Positions 20,919-32,742 of a stretch of 64,000 nt of DNA are shown piece after piece. The stretch comes from Cycas panzhihuaensis (Eukaryota; Plantae; Cycadophyta). The position numbers and the translations under genes were made by a program. How positions within the stretch are numbered: position 1 is the stretch's first letter; the number at the start of each line of letters is the position of its first letter. Where the stretch lies: NCBI GenBank assembly GCA_023213395.1, contig CM041465.1, forward strand, positions 166,663,741 to 166,727,740, written 5' to 3'. Below the pieces are notes generated by a model. That model was not told the origin of the DNA. It ran no database searches and saw only the letters and a list, made by a program, of their open reading frames with translations.

Positions 20919-21735
20919 TATAGATATGGTGTTGTCACCATTGTAGAGTTTAATTAGTGAATGATGATGCTGTTCTAACTTTTAAGTGTGGTGTAAGAAT
21001 ATTTTGTGATGTATGAATGTTGAGTAATGAATATCTTTCTAACCTGATAATTGGTATCGCCTCCTCACCCAACTCTATCAATAGGCCCCTTCTTTATTTG
21101 TAAGAGACCGAATGTTTTTTACAGATTGGAGTGAATGATAGGGTAGATATCAAGACAGAAGCGATAGATGCATGGCCACTAGTTGGGCCAAGCCACTATT
21201 CTAAGATGGGTTTCTATCAGATCATAGATTGGATCCATACTATGCATTACTATTCTATTGGATTAAGGTGGTTGGCACTATCAGTAATCTTTATGAATGA
21301 TGATGTTTTAATTTTTAATTGTAGTGTATGAACATTGTGGGATGTATGGATGTTAAGTAATGAATATTGAGTCTTTATTTCAAATTTGTTGCAATTTGTT
21401 TCATCTATATTTTTATAATTTTGTATATATATTTATTGAAAACCCTAACTCGCTTTATCCTACTTGCTATATCCTTAAACTTTAGATTTTCAGAATTGCC
21501 ATACTTGTATCTGCTCCAACGTATTTCATTACTTTGTCAATTGTTAAAAATGCAGATGAGGGAAACAATTTACCTTAAAGCCATTTGTGTTATTATTTTG
21601 ATGATTTTTTGCCAATGATGCTTTCTCTTCTTTCCTCTTCAAAGCTTTTATCTAGTGGCCCTTTACATCATTCATTCTCTTCGATTCTATTTGTCCCAAG
21701 CATTTAATGACATTTGTTTCTTTCTTTTGTTCTAG

Positions 21736-21885
21736 ACTCCTAGGCCTTCAACTTTCAATGGAGATGGGAATGCACTAGTGAAAACACAGGGAGAAAGTGC
21801 AAAGGAAAACACTGAGCTTTTGATAGAGAAGAACATGCAGGAGGATTACGACGCTCAGAATGTAGTATTGACTGTTAGCCTTTAT
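21736..21885 (+). CDS. probable host exon (150 nt, phase 0/0), repeat module TPRPSTFNGDGNALVK...
   Basis: Polypyrimidine tract + TTCTAG acceptor; 50 open codons; GTATTT donor; homologous to the next exon. Confidence 0.6.
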
Positions 21886-21956
21886 GTATTTGTTCTCTTT
21901 GAGTCTCTTTGTCCCAAGCTTCTAATGGCATTTTTGTCTTCCTCTGTTTGTTCCAG

Positions 21957-22193
21957 GTTCCCAGGCCTACCTCTTTTAATGAAGAGGAAAACACACTAGT
22001 GAAAAAGCAAAAGGAAAATGTGGAGGAAAACACTGAATTTTCAGCGGAGAAGGAAATACAAGTGGATTACAAGTCTCACAATGTAGTCTCGACCAACCGT
22101 CAGGTTTTAGATTCAACTGCAGAACTGTCAATGGAGAAGAAAATGCATGAGAATTACAATATTGAGAATGCAGTTGCGTCTCTTAGCCTTCAG
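21957..22193 (+). CDS. probable host exon (237 nt, phase 0/0), repeat module VPRPTSFNEEENTLVK...
   Basis: TTCCAG acceptor after a 71-nt intron; 79 open codons; CAG|GT donor at 22193 (alternative at 22103). Confidence 0.6.
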
Positions 22194-24617
22194 GTTTCAG
22201 TTTACCATAAAACTTTGTTGATATGCTTGCATGCATATATTTTTTTCCTTTATTTTCTCAAAGATTTATAAACAAGTCTATGGATTTAGTTCTTTTTATT
22301 TTTTTCTTTTATTTAGGGTTTCAACCGAGATAGAGGTTGCGACATGTCCTTTTGAGATTTCCTTCATGCATAATTAATTCTTTTTGATTGGCAACTAAAT
22401 CTCTCATCATTTAATGAGTGTTCAGTTTTCCCTAGGCTGAAAAACAATTTTTTGCTTTGGGGTTAATATTGGTACTGTGTGTATAGTTAATACAAGAAAC
22501 TATGTTTAGTGAATGTCCTCCTCCTACAGAGGATTGCATTCAATAAGAAACCATATTTAGTGAAAGTGTTGAATTGTTAACTCCTATAGAGGACTATTCA
22601 AGTTTTGGACAAAAATCTTAAACGAGGGTTGTGAATCGCACTATTTCTTTTAGAATCTTATCACACGGCAGGAAATGTGCGTTGACACATGTTATTACTG
22701 AGCACTCAATGTGAAGGGCATTGGATGATATTTGGCGATTGAAGAATGCGGATTGAGTGTTATTGTAGCAGTCCTCCTTACATTGTGATAGAAGGAACTT
22801 AATTGAAATATCCAACCTATCAACATACTTAGCCCTTAAATTATTGAAGCAGTCATTAACAAAGGTTAAATTAAAAGCTTTCAAAAATTTGTGGCAAAAA
22901 TTGCACCAAAAGAACCCTTGTCCTAAGTGATCCATTACTGCTTTCTCCTTATTCTAGTTAACTGGACCACGATAACCCCCTTGTAAATTCCCAACTTAAG
23001 CAGAAATTGTGTAGCAAACTGCACATGATAATTGCTTTGCAAATGGACCCAACTTAAATAGGTAGGGCAATCATTAACAGAGGCTATGTGAAAAGAGTGA
23101 CTTTCAAAATTTTGTAGGAAAAACTGTGGTAAATGAACCTTAATACAATACCACTTTATCCTTATTGTGGTAAATTGGACCATGATAATACCCTTGTAAA
23201 TGGACCCAACTTGTATTGTTTCTCTAGGGAAGACTTTGTGGACAGATTCAATGCTTCAGGAAATAAAATTGCCCTTGCAGTGTACCATAGGCATTGCACA
23301 CATAACGATAATGGCCTCTTCGGAGAACTTATTTAAGTAGTCACTTGTGCAATTATCATTCCTCGCAATCATCTATCATATTTGTCAGGAAATTGTGCTA
23401 AATGAACATTGATTCAATACTACCGTCTTCTTATTGTAGTAAATTGGGTCATGATAAGCCCATTGTAAATGAACCTAATTTGCTTGCTCCTTTAAGGAGT
23501 TTATTAACAGATACAATGGCTTGGGAAGTAAAATTTCCCTTGCAATGTACCATAGGCATTCTGTACATGACTACCATGGCTTCTTCTAAGAACTTATTTA
23601 AGCAGTGATTTGTGCAATTCTCAAATTTCTTTCTTGCATATCCCCCCATGGGAATCCTCTATAAAATGATAATCATTGCCATCACTTGTGCAACTACAAA
23701 TGCCCCCTTTAATACCTTCTTAGGATCTGGTATTTTCTTGCCAGTGTTAACAACCCCTTTAACTTCTTTTTGGAGGAACTCTTATGAGGAGAAAGAATGC
23801 CATTTAGAATATCCAGAAAGAATGCCATTTAGAATATCCATTTACATGGGACAAGTGTTGGTGAACTCCTTTTGATTTTTTCCTTTCCCCTGAAGTTGCC
23901 GGAAGGGTGGGGTTTGATCTTTGACATTTTTCTTAGGGATTGGTTTATTAAGAGATATTCAGGCATAGCACATATCCAAGTGAGATCATTATTTATCATA
24001 TATAAATTCAATAGAAACAAATTATATGTCCATCTCCATGACCAAAGAAGCTCAACGAGACAGATGAAAAGCTGCACATGGCAGTATCTCCAAAAGCTTA
24101 CGTGGGATGAGTGTTGGCCAATCCCTTTGATTTCCCCTCTGAAGCTGCTCTATGGGGGAATTTGATCTTCAATATTGTTCTTTTAGGATTGGTCTATTGA
24201 GAGGAATTCAATCGTAGCACACAGCCAAGCTAGATCATTATTTATCATATATAAATTCACAAGAAACAAATAATCTTTTGTCCACATAATGACCAAAAGG
24301 GTTCAACAAGACTGGTAAAAAAACAGCACATGGCAGGTATATCCAAAACGAGTGTGTAAAGCATCTCCAATAAAAGCTTAACTAGGTGCAAGATAAAATA
24401 AAAATTAGCTTATGATATCATAGTGAAAAGGCTAGACAATGTAGATTGTATATCCAGATTAATAAGAATAGTCAAAAGCGTGTTCACATCTTAATATTTT
24501 ATGGTAAGTATTCACTAGCAGTTTTATTCAATTATAGGCCTTAATTATGGAATAGGCAGGAATGGGAAAAAGGAGTTACATGTCAGTTATTGAGTTTAAA
24601 TATCTTTTTGATTGCAG

Positions 24618-24672
24618 ACAAAGAATGGACATACATGTGAGGAGAAAAAATTGCACGTTGTTTTTGTATTAG
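24618..24672 (+). CDS. probable host micro-exon TKNGHTCEEKKLHVVFVL-G, like the start of a UMP-CMP/adenylate kinase domain
   Basis: TTTTTGATTGCAG acceptor; strong AG|GTAAGC donor; phase-0 start matches the previous exon; KK-x-x-VVFVLG is the beta-strand before GPGSGKGT in UMP-CMP kinases. Confidence 0.55.
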
Positions 24673-27129
24673 GTAAGCATTGTTGTACTCCATATTTGTG
24701 TTGTATGGATTCTGTTTTGGTTTCTTTGATGACATGGATGCCTAGTATTCCTTTATCTGCGTCTGATTCGACAATTGTTTTTCAATCTGAGTTATGGAGA
24801 TTTCTTCTTGTTTTTGTTAAATAGTTCTGCACATGCTACTGACTTCAGGATTTTATAGGTTTTAGCTGATGGTTTATTATTTCAAAAAGCACATAACATG
24901 TAAGTTCCTATTAACCAAGTCTGCAAGCAAATGACTCTTGACTTTTACTACCTTATGCTGCATAGAATGTGGCTATCCTATAAATTTGCATTAAGTGCTA
25001 GGTAAAGCCATGGTCCTCATTATTAGGCTGCTGTTTTATTTAGTTACAGCAAAGTCTGTTACAAGAACCCCCTTAACATGTTTTGTCCCTTGACATGCCC
25101 TTGTTTGAAATCTCAAAGCTTCTGAAAATTGGACTTAATTTCTTGTGGTGCTCTTTAATTGGAAGCTGACACTTGATCAAGTACTTTGGAAGAGTCTTGT
25201 TTCTGTCGTTTCTCCATGAAATAAAAGTTGGGCCAGAGTAATACATTTCCTCTGTCCCAAACCATGCTTCGGTCTGCTTGCTTTAGTTTGTAGTGTCTGG
25301 GGATGTTTCCTCCAAAAGCTGAACACTTTTCTTTTTTGTTTTGAAAGCTCCCATCTCACTAAATGGAAAAATTCATCTGCATTTATAACAAAGATGATAT
25401 CCATAAAACAATGTCCACTTAGTCTCACAGCAACATCAGGCTCTGCCCACGCGACCCCACAGAGCCAACCAAGCACTACCTGGTGCAGCCTGGTCAACAA
25501 GAAATCCTTCCTTCATATGAGATGAGAAAGCCAAGCCTATATGGGGCTATGTGAGGCCATAGCATGTTACCTCTAAGTCCAGCTGCAGGGTTGGCTGACA
25601 AGCAAGGCTGGCTAGAAGCTGCAGGGTTGCAGGGTTAATATTGTTGCCAACTTACAAAGCCTAGTCTTACCCTTGGCTTCTATGCACGGCCAGCCATAGG
25701 TCAGAGGCTTAAATCTTATGCCCATACAAGGACCAGACAATGCTAACTGTTTTACTTCAGCATTGGAACTTGGCCAGGTGCCCTGGTATGGCCAAGTTAC
25801 AGATGACTAACATGGCCAATAGAAAAAGCTAAGAGCTTTCATCTTATCTGGGGCATGACCAAAGAAGACTTCACAAGCTCAAATTACAGCAAAAGCAAAA
25901 TATCAGCCATGCAGGGCTGCTAACAGAGAGGCATTGGCTTTCTTATGCAATTTGTATCATTCTACAGACTTGAGAGGCAGCCCGATATGGGTGCATATTG
26001 AACCAAGAAGATGCTACATCACAGTCCTGCCACTCTGTGTGAAGTGAGAGAATACAGTCACCAAATCATCTCTGCGCAGCCCGTGGCTATACAGGGTTAA
26101 CTGAGTTTCTGCTGCGGTCAAATATACAAGAAAGAAACTATCATCTTCGCTCCACGATGCAGGTGCATTCCAAACACAAAACATACTCTCTGGCGAGAAT
26201 TCTGGCCTCTTGGGCCATAGGTTACCATATTGACATTACCATATTGAAGAAGAAAGAAGAACAGTGGCTTCATAGAAGGAGAGACAACCCGGTCCACATT
26301 GACTTCAGTCTTGAACCAAGTGATTTAAAGACTGGAAAAAATGGTTGCCCATTCATGTTGTATGTCGTCAACATTTCCATGTTGAATGTTACATTTAGGA
26401 CTGACATTGGTGCTGCAGTGAGGAGATACAGTTCACCCATGTTTCAGAGCTTCAGGTTTGTGAGTCACCCCACAAACCCCAGCTCCCAGATTTGAACTTC
26501 AAACATGCTTGGAGCAACGGGACCATGGCCTGGCAATTCTTCAAAAATCCTCCAACCCATACCACACCCTCATGACAATAATACGGATAGAACTTACTGA
26601 TCAGCAAAGCCTTTCTAGGTTGTAATCTATGAGACACAACAAGCTTCATAACACCCATAGAACTTGCTCCTAACTATTTTCTCAGAGCTAATAAGCTCAT
26701 CATACTAGGTTGCTAATAAGCTCATCATGCCAGGTTGCTAATAAGCTCATCATGCCAGGTTGCCACGAACTGTAGAACCCAACAGGTGTAGCAGGATAAT
26801 GCAACCCCCCAACATGATGTTCTACTTCTAGTTTTTGCAATGGGCCAGCCTATGGTACTTCACTGCAAACGTCTTAATCCTGCTATGGGGTCTTGTCCCA
26901 TAGTTGCACAAGTTTCATAAGATGCATTTTCACTCCTTAAAAATTCATGCAAAATGCATTTCTCAATTTTTTGGAACATTACAAGAATGAAATGTTGCTA
27001 ACTGCTCATAATACTGACAATAATAACTCGATAAAATATAAAAGTTGTAATATTACAATAAAATAGTAATACAAATACAATATGATAATAATAATAAAAT
27101 TGTAATACCTTATTTTGTTTTCATTACTT

Positions 27130-28270
27130 GAAGAACCCAAGACCTTCCATAGGAAGGGGAGGAGGAGCTTTTCGGTTCCCTCTCCTCTTCCTCCATTGCC
27201 TTCCTTTCCAGTTGGTATTCCCTCAGAGCTGCTATTTTGTCTGTGTGAGGAGGGGGTGCAAGCAATAGGGAGCATGGGAAGATGAATGGTGGGAGTGGAG
27301 GATTGCTTGGCTTTTTTCCATTTCTAAAGTGGTTAGTCTATTGGTGAGGCCAACTTCTGTTAATGTTTACCCCACAAATGGGGAGGGATGGTGCTTCTGG
27401 AAAGAGACTGTCCAACTTGTATTTATGATGTTGGGTCATAGCCTGATGGTTTCTGTGGGCATAGAATAGGGACTTTTGTGCACCCAGTTAATGGTTGGCC
27501 CTTTTATGCTTCACGAAGACTGCTGATATTTGCGTTCAAGACCATGATACAGGCATTTGCAGTTTGGTCTATGGATCTGGTTGCATGGTTTCTGCTCCGA
27601 ACTATGAATATCGAATCACCTTGTGTGTCACAGTGCAGCGTGGCTGTTTATATCGTTACCCACAAGCAGTTGTGCAAATGATGAAATCATTCGATGGCTA
27701 GAGACAAGGCTAAAAAAGGCTGGAGATCCATTATGGGGTTGAGCAATTTGCAATGGCCACACTCTGAGATGAGGATCTCTGCTAAGCACTTGGTCTTCAG
27801 CAACAGAGGGAACTCAATTCAATAGCAAGTGGCATAGTTGCAGAGAGCGGTGATGACGCCATAAATAATTTGATAAATTTTGCCTTGTTCTATATTTAGT
27901 GACAGATCTTTCTTAAGCCTTCTTTGTTGGGGAAGGAAGGCACTTTGCAAGGTGATTGAATGTATTGGGTGCCATGGTAATTTGGATTGAAAAGCTTCAT
28001 GGTCTTGAAGACCCATGTTGCTTGGATTGGGGTTGTTTTTAATACCCTGCATCGTGCTCAAATGTTTGGGATAAGTTTTATTAGGTTTTTTGTAATTTAG
28101 AGTTTATGTTTCAGCCTGGCATCCTCTGTGAAAGCTTGTGCAACTCTTATGCTAGTAGCCTGTTAGTGTGCAACCACCTCTAAAGGTGGCTCTAGCTGTT
28201 AGGGTAACCTGGAGTCTTTTTATATCTGCATCTTGATTTTGGGAGGAATGGTCTCTCATATGATGATCCT
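27130..28270 (+). mobile_element. possible degenerate L1-type LINE remnant (ORF1-like)
   Basis: Peptide VNGWPFYASRRLLIF...VAWFLLR loosely resembles the plant L1 ORF1 (DUF4283) GPW...VW pattern; boundaries guessed. Confidence 0.25.
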
Positions 28271-28466
28271 CTTTTTTTGTTTTTCCTCTCTATTGTTGCA
28301 AGCATGGTAGCCATGTTTGCAAAAAGCAAAAATTTGAAACACCAAAAAAAAAAAAATGATGTTTCACAAAGATTGAAAAAAAATCAATAAACAAATGACA
28401 AATTTTTAAATATGTATGTTCATGATTGTTAAAAAAATACAAACATTTTATATTGAAACGTAAAAC

Positions 28467-29560
28467 TTTTTTTTTTTTTTTTGATAGGTAAAATCCTTGT
28501 AAAGTGGGGTTGACTTTTTAGTGTAAGGCGCCATGGGATAGGGGGAACTATTTTTGTTAAAATTGCCCAGGACTTACACCTAGCCCCGCCTGCTTCAGAG
28601 AAAATGACAATACATATTTTCACGCCCTCTAATTACGTGAAGAGATATAATGGACTAGATTACATAATATTTGAGAACACAACTCTTAAAAAATTCACAC
28701 TATTACATCATGTCCGATTTGCCATAAACTCTATGAATTTTTGAGCTAAATGCCACAAAAGCTCCTTGAAATCTTGTGTCCTAAAAAACAACAAGATAGA
28801 ACGTGCCTCCATTCGAGGCATATGAGCGTCAAGAAAACACATGTTTTCAGAACAAGAGGATCTATCTTTCCATGCCACCTCATCACCAACACCTTGAGCG
28901 CATGTTTTCAGTTGGAAGTTTTACAACATGTTGCAAAACCTCCAATAAATGTCATGCTCTATGTTCAACACCACCATGCACACTTGGAACTCTGTTTATC
29001 ATGTGGCATGCCCTTGATAGTGGCGATATGCAAGTAACATAGGCCTTTGACAGTACCTTTGATGTAGCCCATTGTTCTGCACATCAATCTGAGGCACCAA
29101 TGAACCAACCACCATATGTACTCCTCAATCCCTTGCCATTGATTGAGGAAAGATCACCCAAGACATGTTCGACGATTCAATTAATGCTCTCTTGAGATGA
29201 CTTTGTATGAGCCTTGAATGCACTAGAGTCTAAAGGTTTCGACCTCAAACTAGAACTCCATCACTACCCTTGTTGAACCCCATTGATCCTCCCACCATTC
29301 TAACCAAAATAGTAGAAGCGGGAGCACCCCACACTAATAAGGCACGACTCAAGCACTTGATCTTGAAAGCTGCCCAATCATGGAGAGACTGTGCATAGTC
29401 ATTGCAGTCCATCAACTAGTTCATGACACAATATTGCTTACAATCACACCCAAAAGGGGAGTCAGTTCATTTTACCAGAACCCAATTACCACTACCACAT
29501 TGGTAAATGTACTAATCTTCCCACCAAACTTCCTCAATTCAATGTTAGCACCTCAATTCA
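28467..29560 (-). mobile_element. degenerate LINE remnant with poly(A) tail
   Basis: T16-GATAGGTAA = minus-strand TTACCTATC(A)16, a typical plant L1 3' end; body too decayed to translate confidently. Confidence 0.45.
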
Positions 29561-31832
29561 ATGTTAAGGGATGACAGAAACATCAATGCACTTTTGCCAA
29601 AATCTGCATAATATAACTTCAAAGTTAAATTGTTACCATAAATACTAAAATATGTTTTTTTACAAAATATGAGTATCTATAACTTATATATATTACATGT
29701 ATAAACATAAACCATAAAAATGAATGATACCACTATGGTTTATGTTTTAATAAAAAATAAAAAATAAAATATAAAAATAAAATCTATTGTTACAAGCGCA
29801 AAACATTAAACTTAAAATATAAAATATATATAAATATAAAACATTTATAAATAAAAGAAAAAATTCAGTATAGACATGAAAAACATATACAAACAAAAAA
29901 AAAGTTAGAATAAACATTTAAAAAACATATATAAACCAAAAAAACTAGGGTAAGGTAAGGGTGATGGATTTTTTAAAACTAACTTCGTTTAAAAAATGTT
30001 TGTCGTCTGAATTAGTGAACTAGTGCAATATGAAATTTGAAACTATCCTTATAACCCATGTTTTTGCTCAAAAATGTTTTGAAGGTAGCCATGGCAGGTG
30101 TGCTCTTGTTCGTAGACATTGAAGGTGCTGGAAAAAAGCATTGAAGAGCTTTTGATGCAAGCGTCTCGGAGTAAATATTCTCCATTGGTGGTTGGTTTCG
30201 TGGTGGCAAGAATGGGCCAATATTGTTGATTCCATGCAAATAGGGCTACTCACGTGTAGAAAAAATGTTTTTCTTCTACTTCTACGACTAAGAGTCCACT
30301 CCACACTTTGACTAAATAATTCTTCTTCTTTCAGGGTGTTTATTTTGTTTGGCATTCATTGTTTCTTTTCCATTGTAGTCAACGAGGGTCAAATCTTATA
30401 AACATGATGTCATGAATAATCGTTGTTTTAAACACTGGGTTTAAAAGAAAAAGCATTTAAAACACATTTTTTAAAAAAGTTCCCATGAATATTGCTAGTA
30501 TGGTTGCAAGTGATTCATTTCATTTAATGATAATGGAATAATCCTTTCAACATAAAATATAAAAAGAAAATTGTAAAATAACTAGATGAACCTAATTATG
30601 AGGAATTTGGTGGTAAAAGTTGGTTTTATATCATGGATCTTCATGAATTACACATAAGGTAAATTAATTCCTAACCTATTTGTGTATACCATTGTAATTT
30701 TAAGTAGTTTAATATTAGAGAAATAATATAATATAAGAGAATATAAGGCTGACTTTTGTAATAGTGAGGTGGATGTATGGGTTGTTTGTTTTTCCTTAAC
30801 ATAATATAATATAAGCCTTTTCATGGGCTTTTTCATTCTACATGACCATTGGTAAATGTGTTTTGCAGTAACTATGGTTCCTTTCCTTTTCACCTACCTT
30901 AGGACCTTTCTAAGAATGATTGCTTGGCCATTTCATGGACAAAGTGAAGTGGAGGTCTACAGATTAAGCTGCATATAAAAGACATGAGGTGATATATTTT
31001 GCAATAACCATGGTTCCTCTTCCTTCGACCTCCCGTAGGTCTTCTCTAACAATGTTCACTTAGCCACCTCATGGTTGAAGTGAAGTGAGGGTATCTGTAG
31101 ACCAAGTTGGGTACAAAGACCTTGGGGTCGCTTCACAGGTTTAGGGGGATTCATTGCTGCTAAGATCTCTCATACATCCTATAAGCTATAAACCATATTT
31201 GAGCTTACTAAAATCAAATACTAACATATGCTATCTTAAAATTGAAATGTTTGTGTTTAATGGGTCATTCTAGGTCAATTGGGGTTGTATTTAGGTTGTT
31301 TCAAGTTAATTTAGCTTCTTAGCCATTTTTGGCTATTCCATAGAGTTGTGTTAGATTATTTAAAGGATATTTTTATTATTTCATGGATATAAGTAAGAGA
31401 GTTTTTTTGGGTTTTTTCTTTGTAAGCTTTTTCAAACACCAAGCATTTGGCAATTCCATACATTGAAAATCCATTTTTTTCCTTCCTCCTATGTTTTTTC
31501 AATTTTTAGCTACTTATCTAAAGGTCATTCCAAATCTATGGGAGGCATCTTAAGTTGGGAAGTTTGCTGCTCTACTTTTGTTTTTAGGGTGAAAAATTTT
31601 ATGAAACACCTTTATGGACCTTAAGGTTGGTTGGCTGGACGATTTAGTGCACTTTGTTCTTTTGCATATTTGGCATGCCACCAACCTCTCTATTTTGGTT
31701 CCCTTAAAGGATGAATATGTCTATTGTTGCATCTAGATATAATTTAAATCTCAAACATTAAAATGTTCTATGATTCTTTATCTAATGCCATCTTGCTATC
31801 TCATATGCTTTTGGTGTGTCATCAAATCTTCC

Positions 31833-32116
31833 TCAAGTGCTAGCAGGATTGCTTAGGCTTAATAGAGTTCTCATTTTACCCCCAGAATACACAATGCTTC
31901 TTTTGCATGGTCCTTTTGGTGAGGGAGGAGCATATCCATATGTTGCCTTGAAAGAGGTATTTTGTGGTGTAATGGTTGTTGCATAGTTGCATTGATATTC
32001 ACTAAGTATAATCTTTTGGTCCAAAACATGATTTGCGAAATATAATGTGACATGCCTACCTGTGCATTTGTTGACCACACTATTTGCCCATTGATTTGGA
32101 ACTCACTGAGTGTCAT
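31833..32116 (-). pseudogene. gypsy integrase C-terminal remnant
   Basis: QINGQ, VNKC, WTKRL, YQCNY, FKATYGYAP resemble the PQTDGQ-EVVNKC...TPFKA.YG.PP pattern. Confidence 0.6.
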
Positions 32117-32742
32117 GTTTCAAGTTTGGTGAACTACAACATCTTTCTAAACTGTTACTTTATGTGCTTTGTACTTTATAGGGTCAAGCTTTAATGTTGT
32201 GGGTTTTAACACTTTGTGTGTCTTAGTTAATAGTCCCTGCATGGACAACGTGTGTCCAACCTACACATGCATGAGCCTATAGATATACATGTATATGCTG
32301 TGCCTGTCATTCATGGAGTATCAATCATTCTTTGGTTGGTAGACTAATTCTATCGTTCATATCTATGTCTTTCCTCTACTACATGCATTTTGTTCTTAGG
32401 CTCATTTTACTTTCATTTGGTATTAGAGCCCAAGTTTCATAAGGTCCCAAGTTGATCAAATAAGTAGGGCAAAGAAGCCTACTATATTGTGTGAAGAAAT
32501 GTGTGAAGATTATGTTTGTTATTGACTGAAGTAGATTTAAGGTTTTGGGAGAAATGTTGGAAGAGTGAGGGTGCATATTTGCTTTGAGCATGGATTGTGA
32601 GTAGATGTTGAACTATCTGTTAGATGTAGAGGCGTAATTTTCTCACCATTTCTACATTGAAACTTGCTAAGAGCAGCATAACATGAGGCATTTTCTATGT
32701 CATTCACTTGAGGGACGTTGAGGTTGAAGTAGAAGAGGTGTT

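Noticed and set aside
21045-21283. Possible solo LTR (TGATA...TATCA)
   Set aside because: TSD does not match cleanly and no second copy is in the window.
22618-22935. QSAFFNRQISSNAL resembles a LINE RT motif
   Set aside because: Single weak motif with no supporting neighbours.
25177-26800. ORFs of 68-112 aa in moderately GC-rich DNA
   Set aside because: No recognisable domain or consistent splice structure; probably decayed TE.
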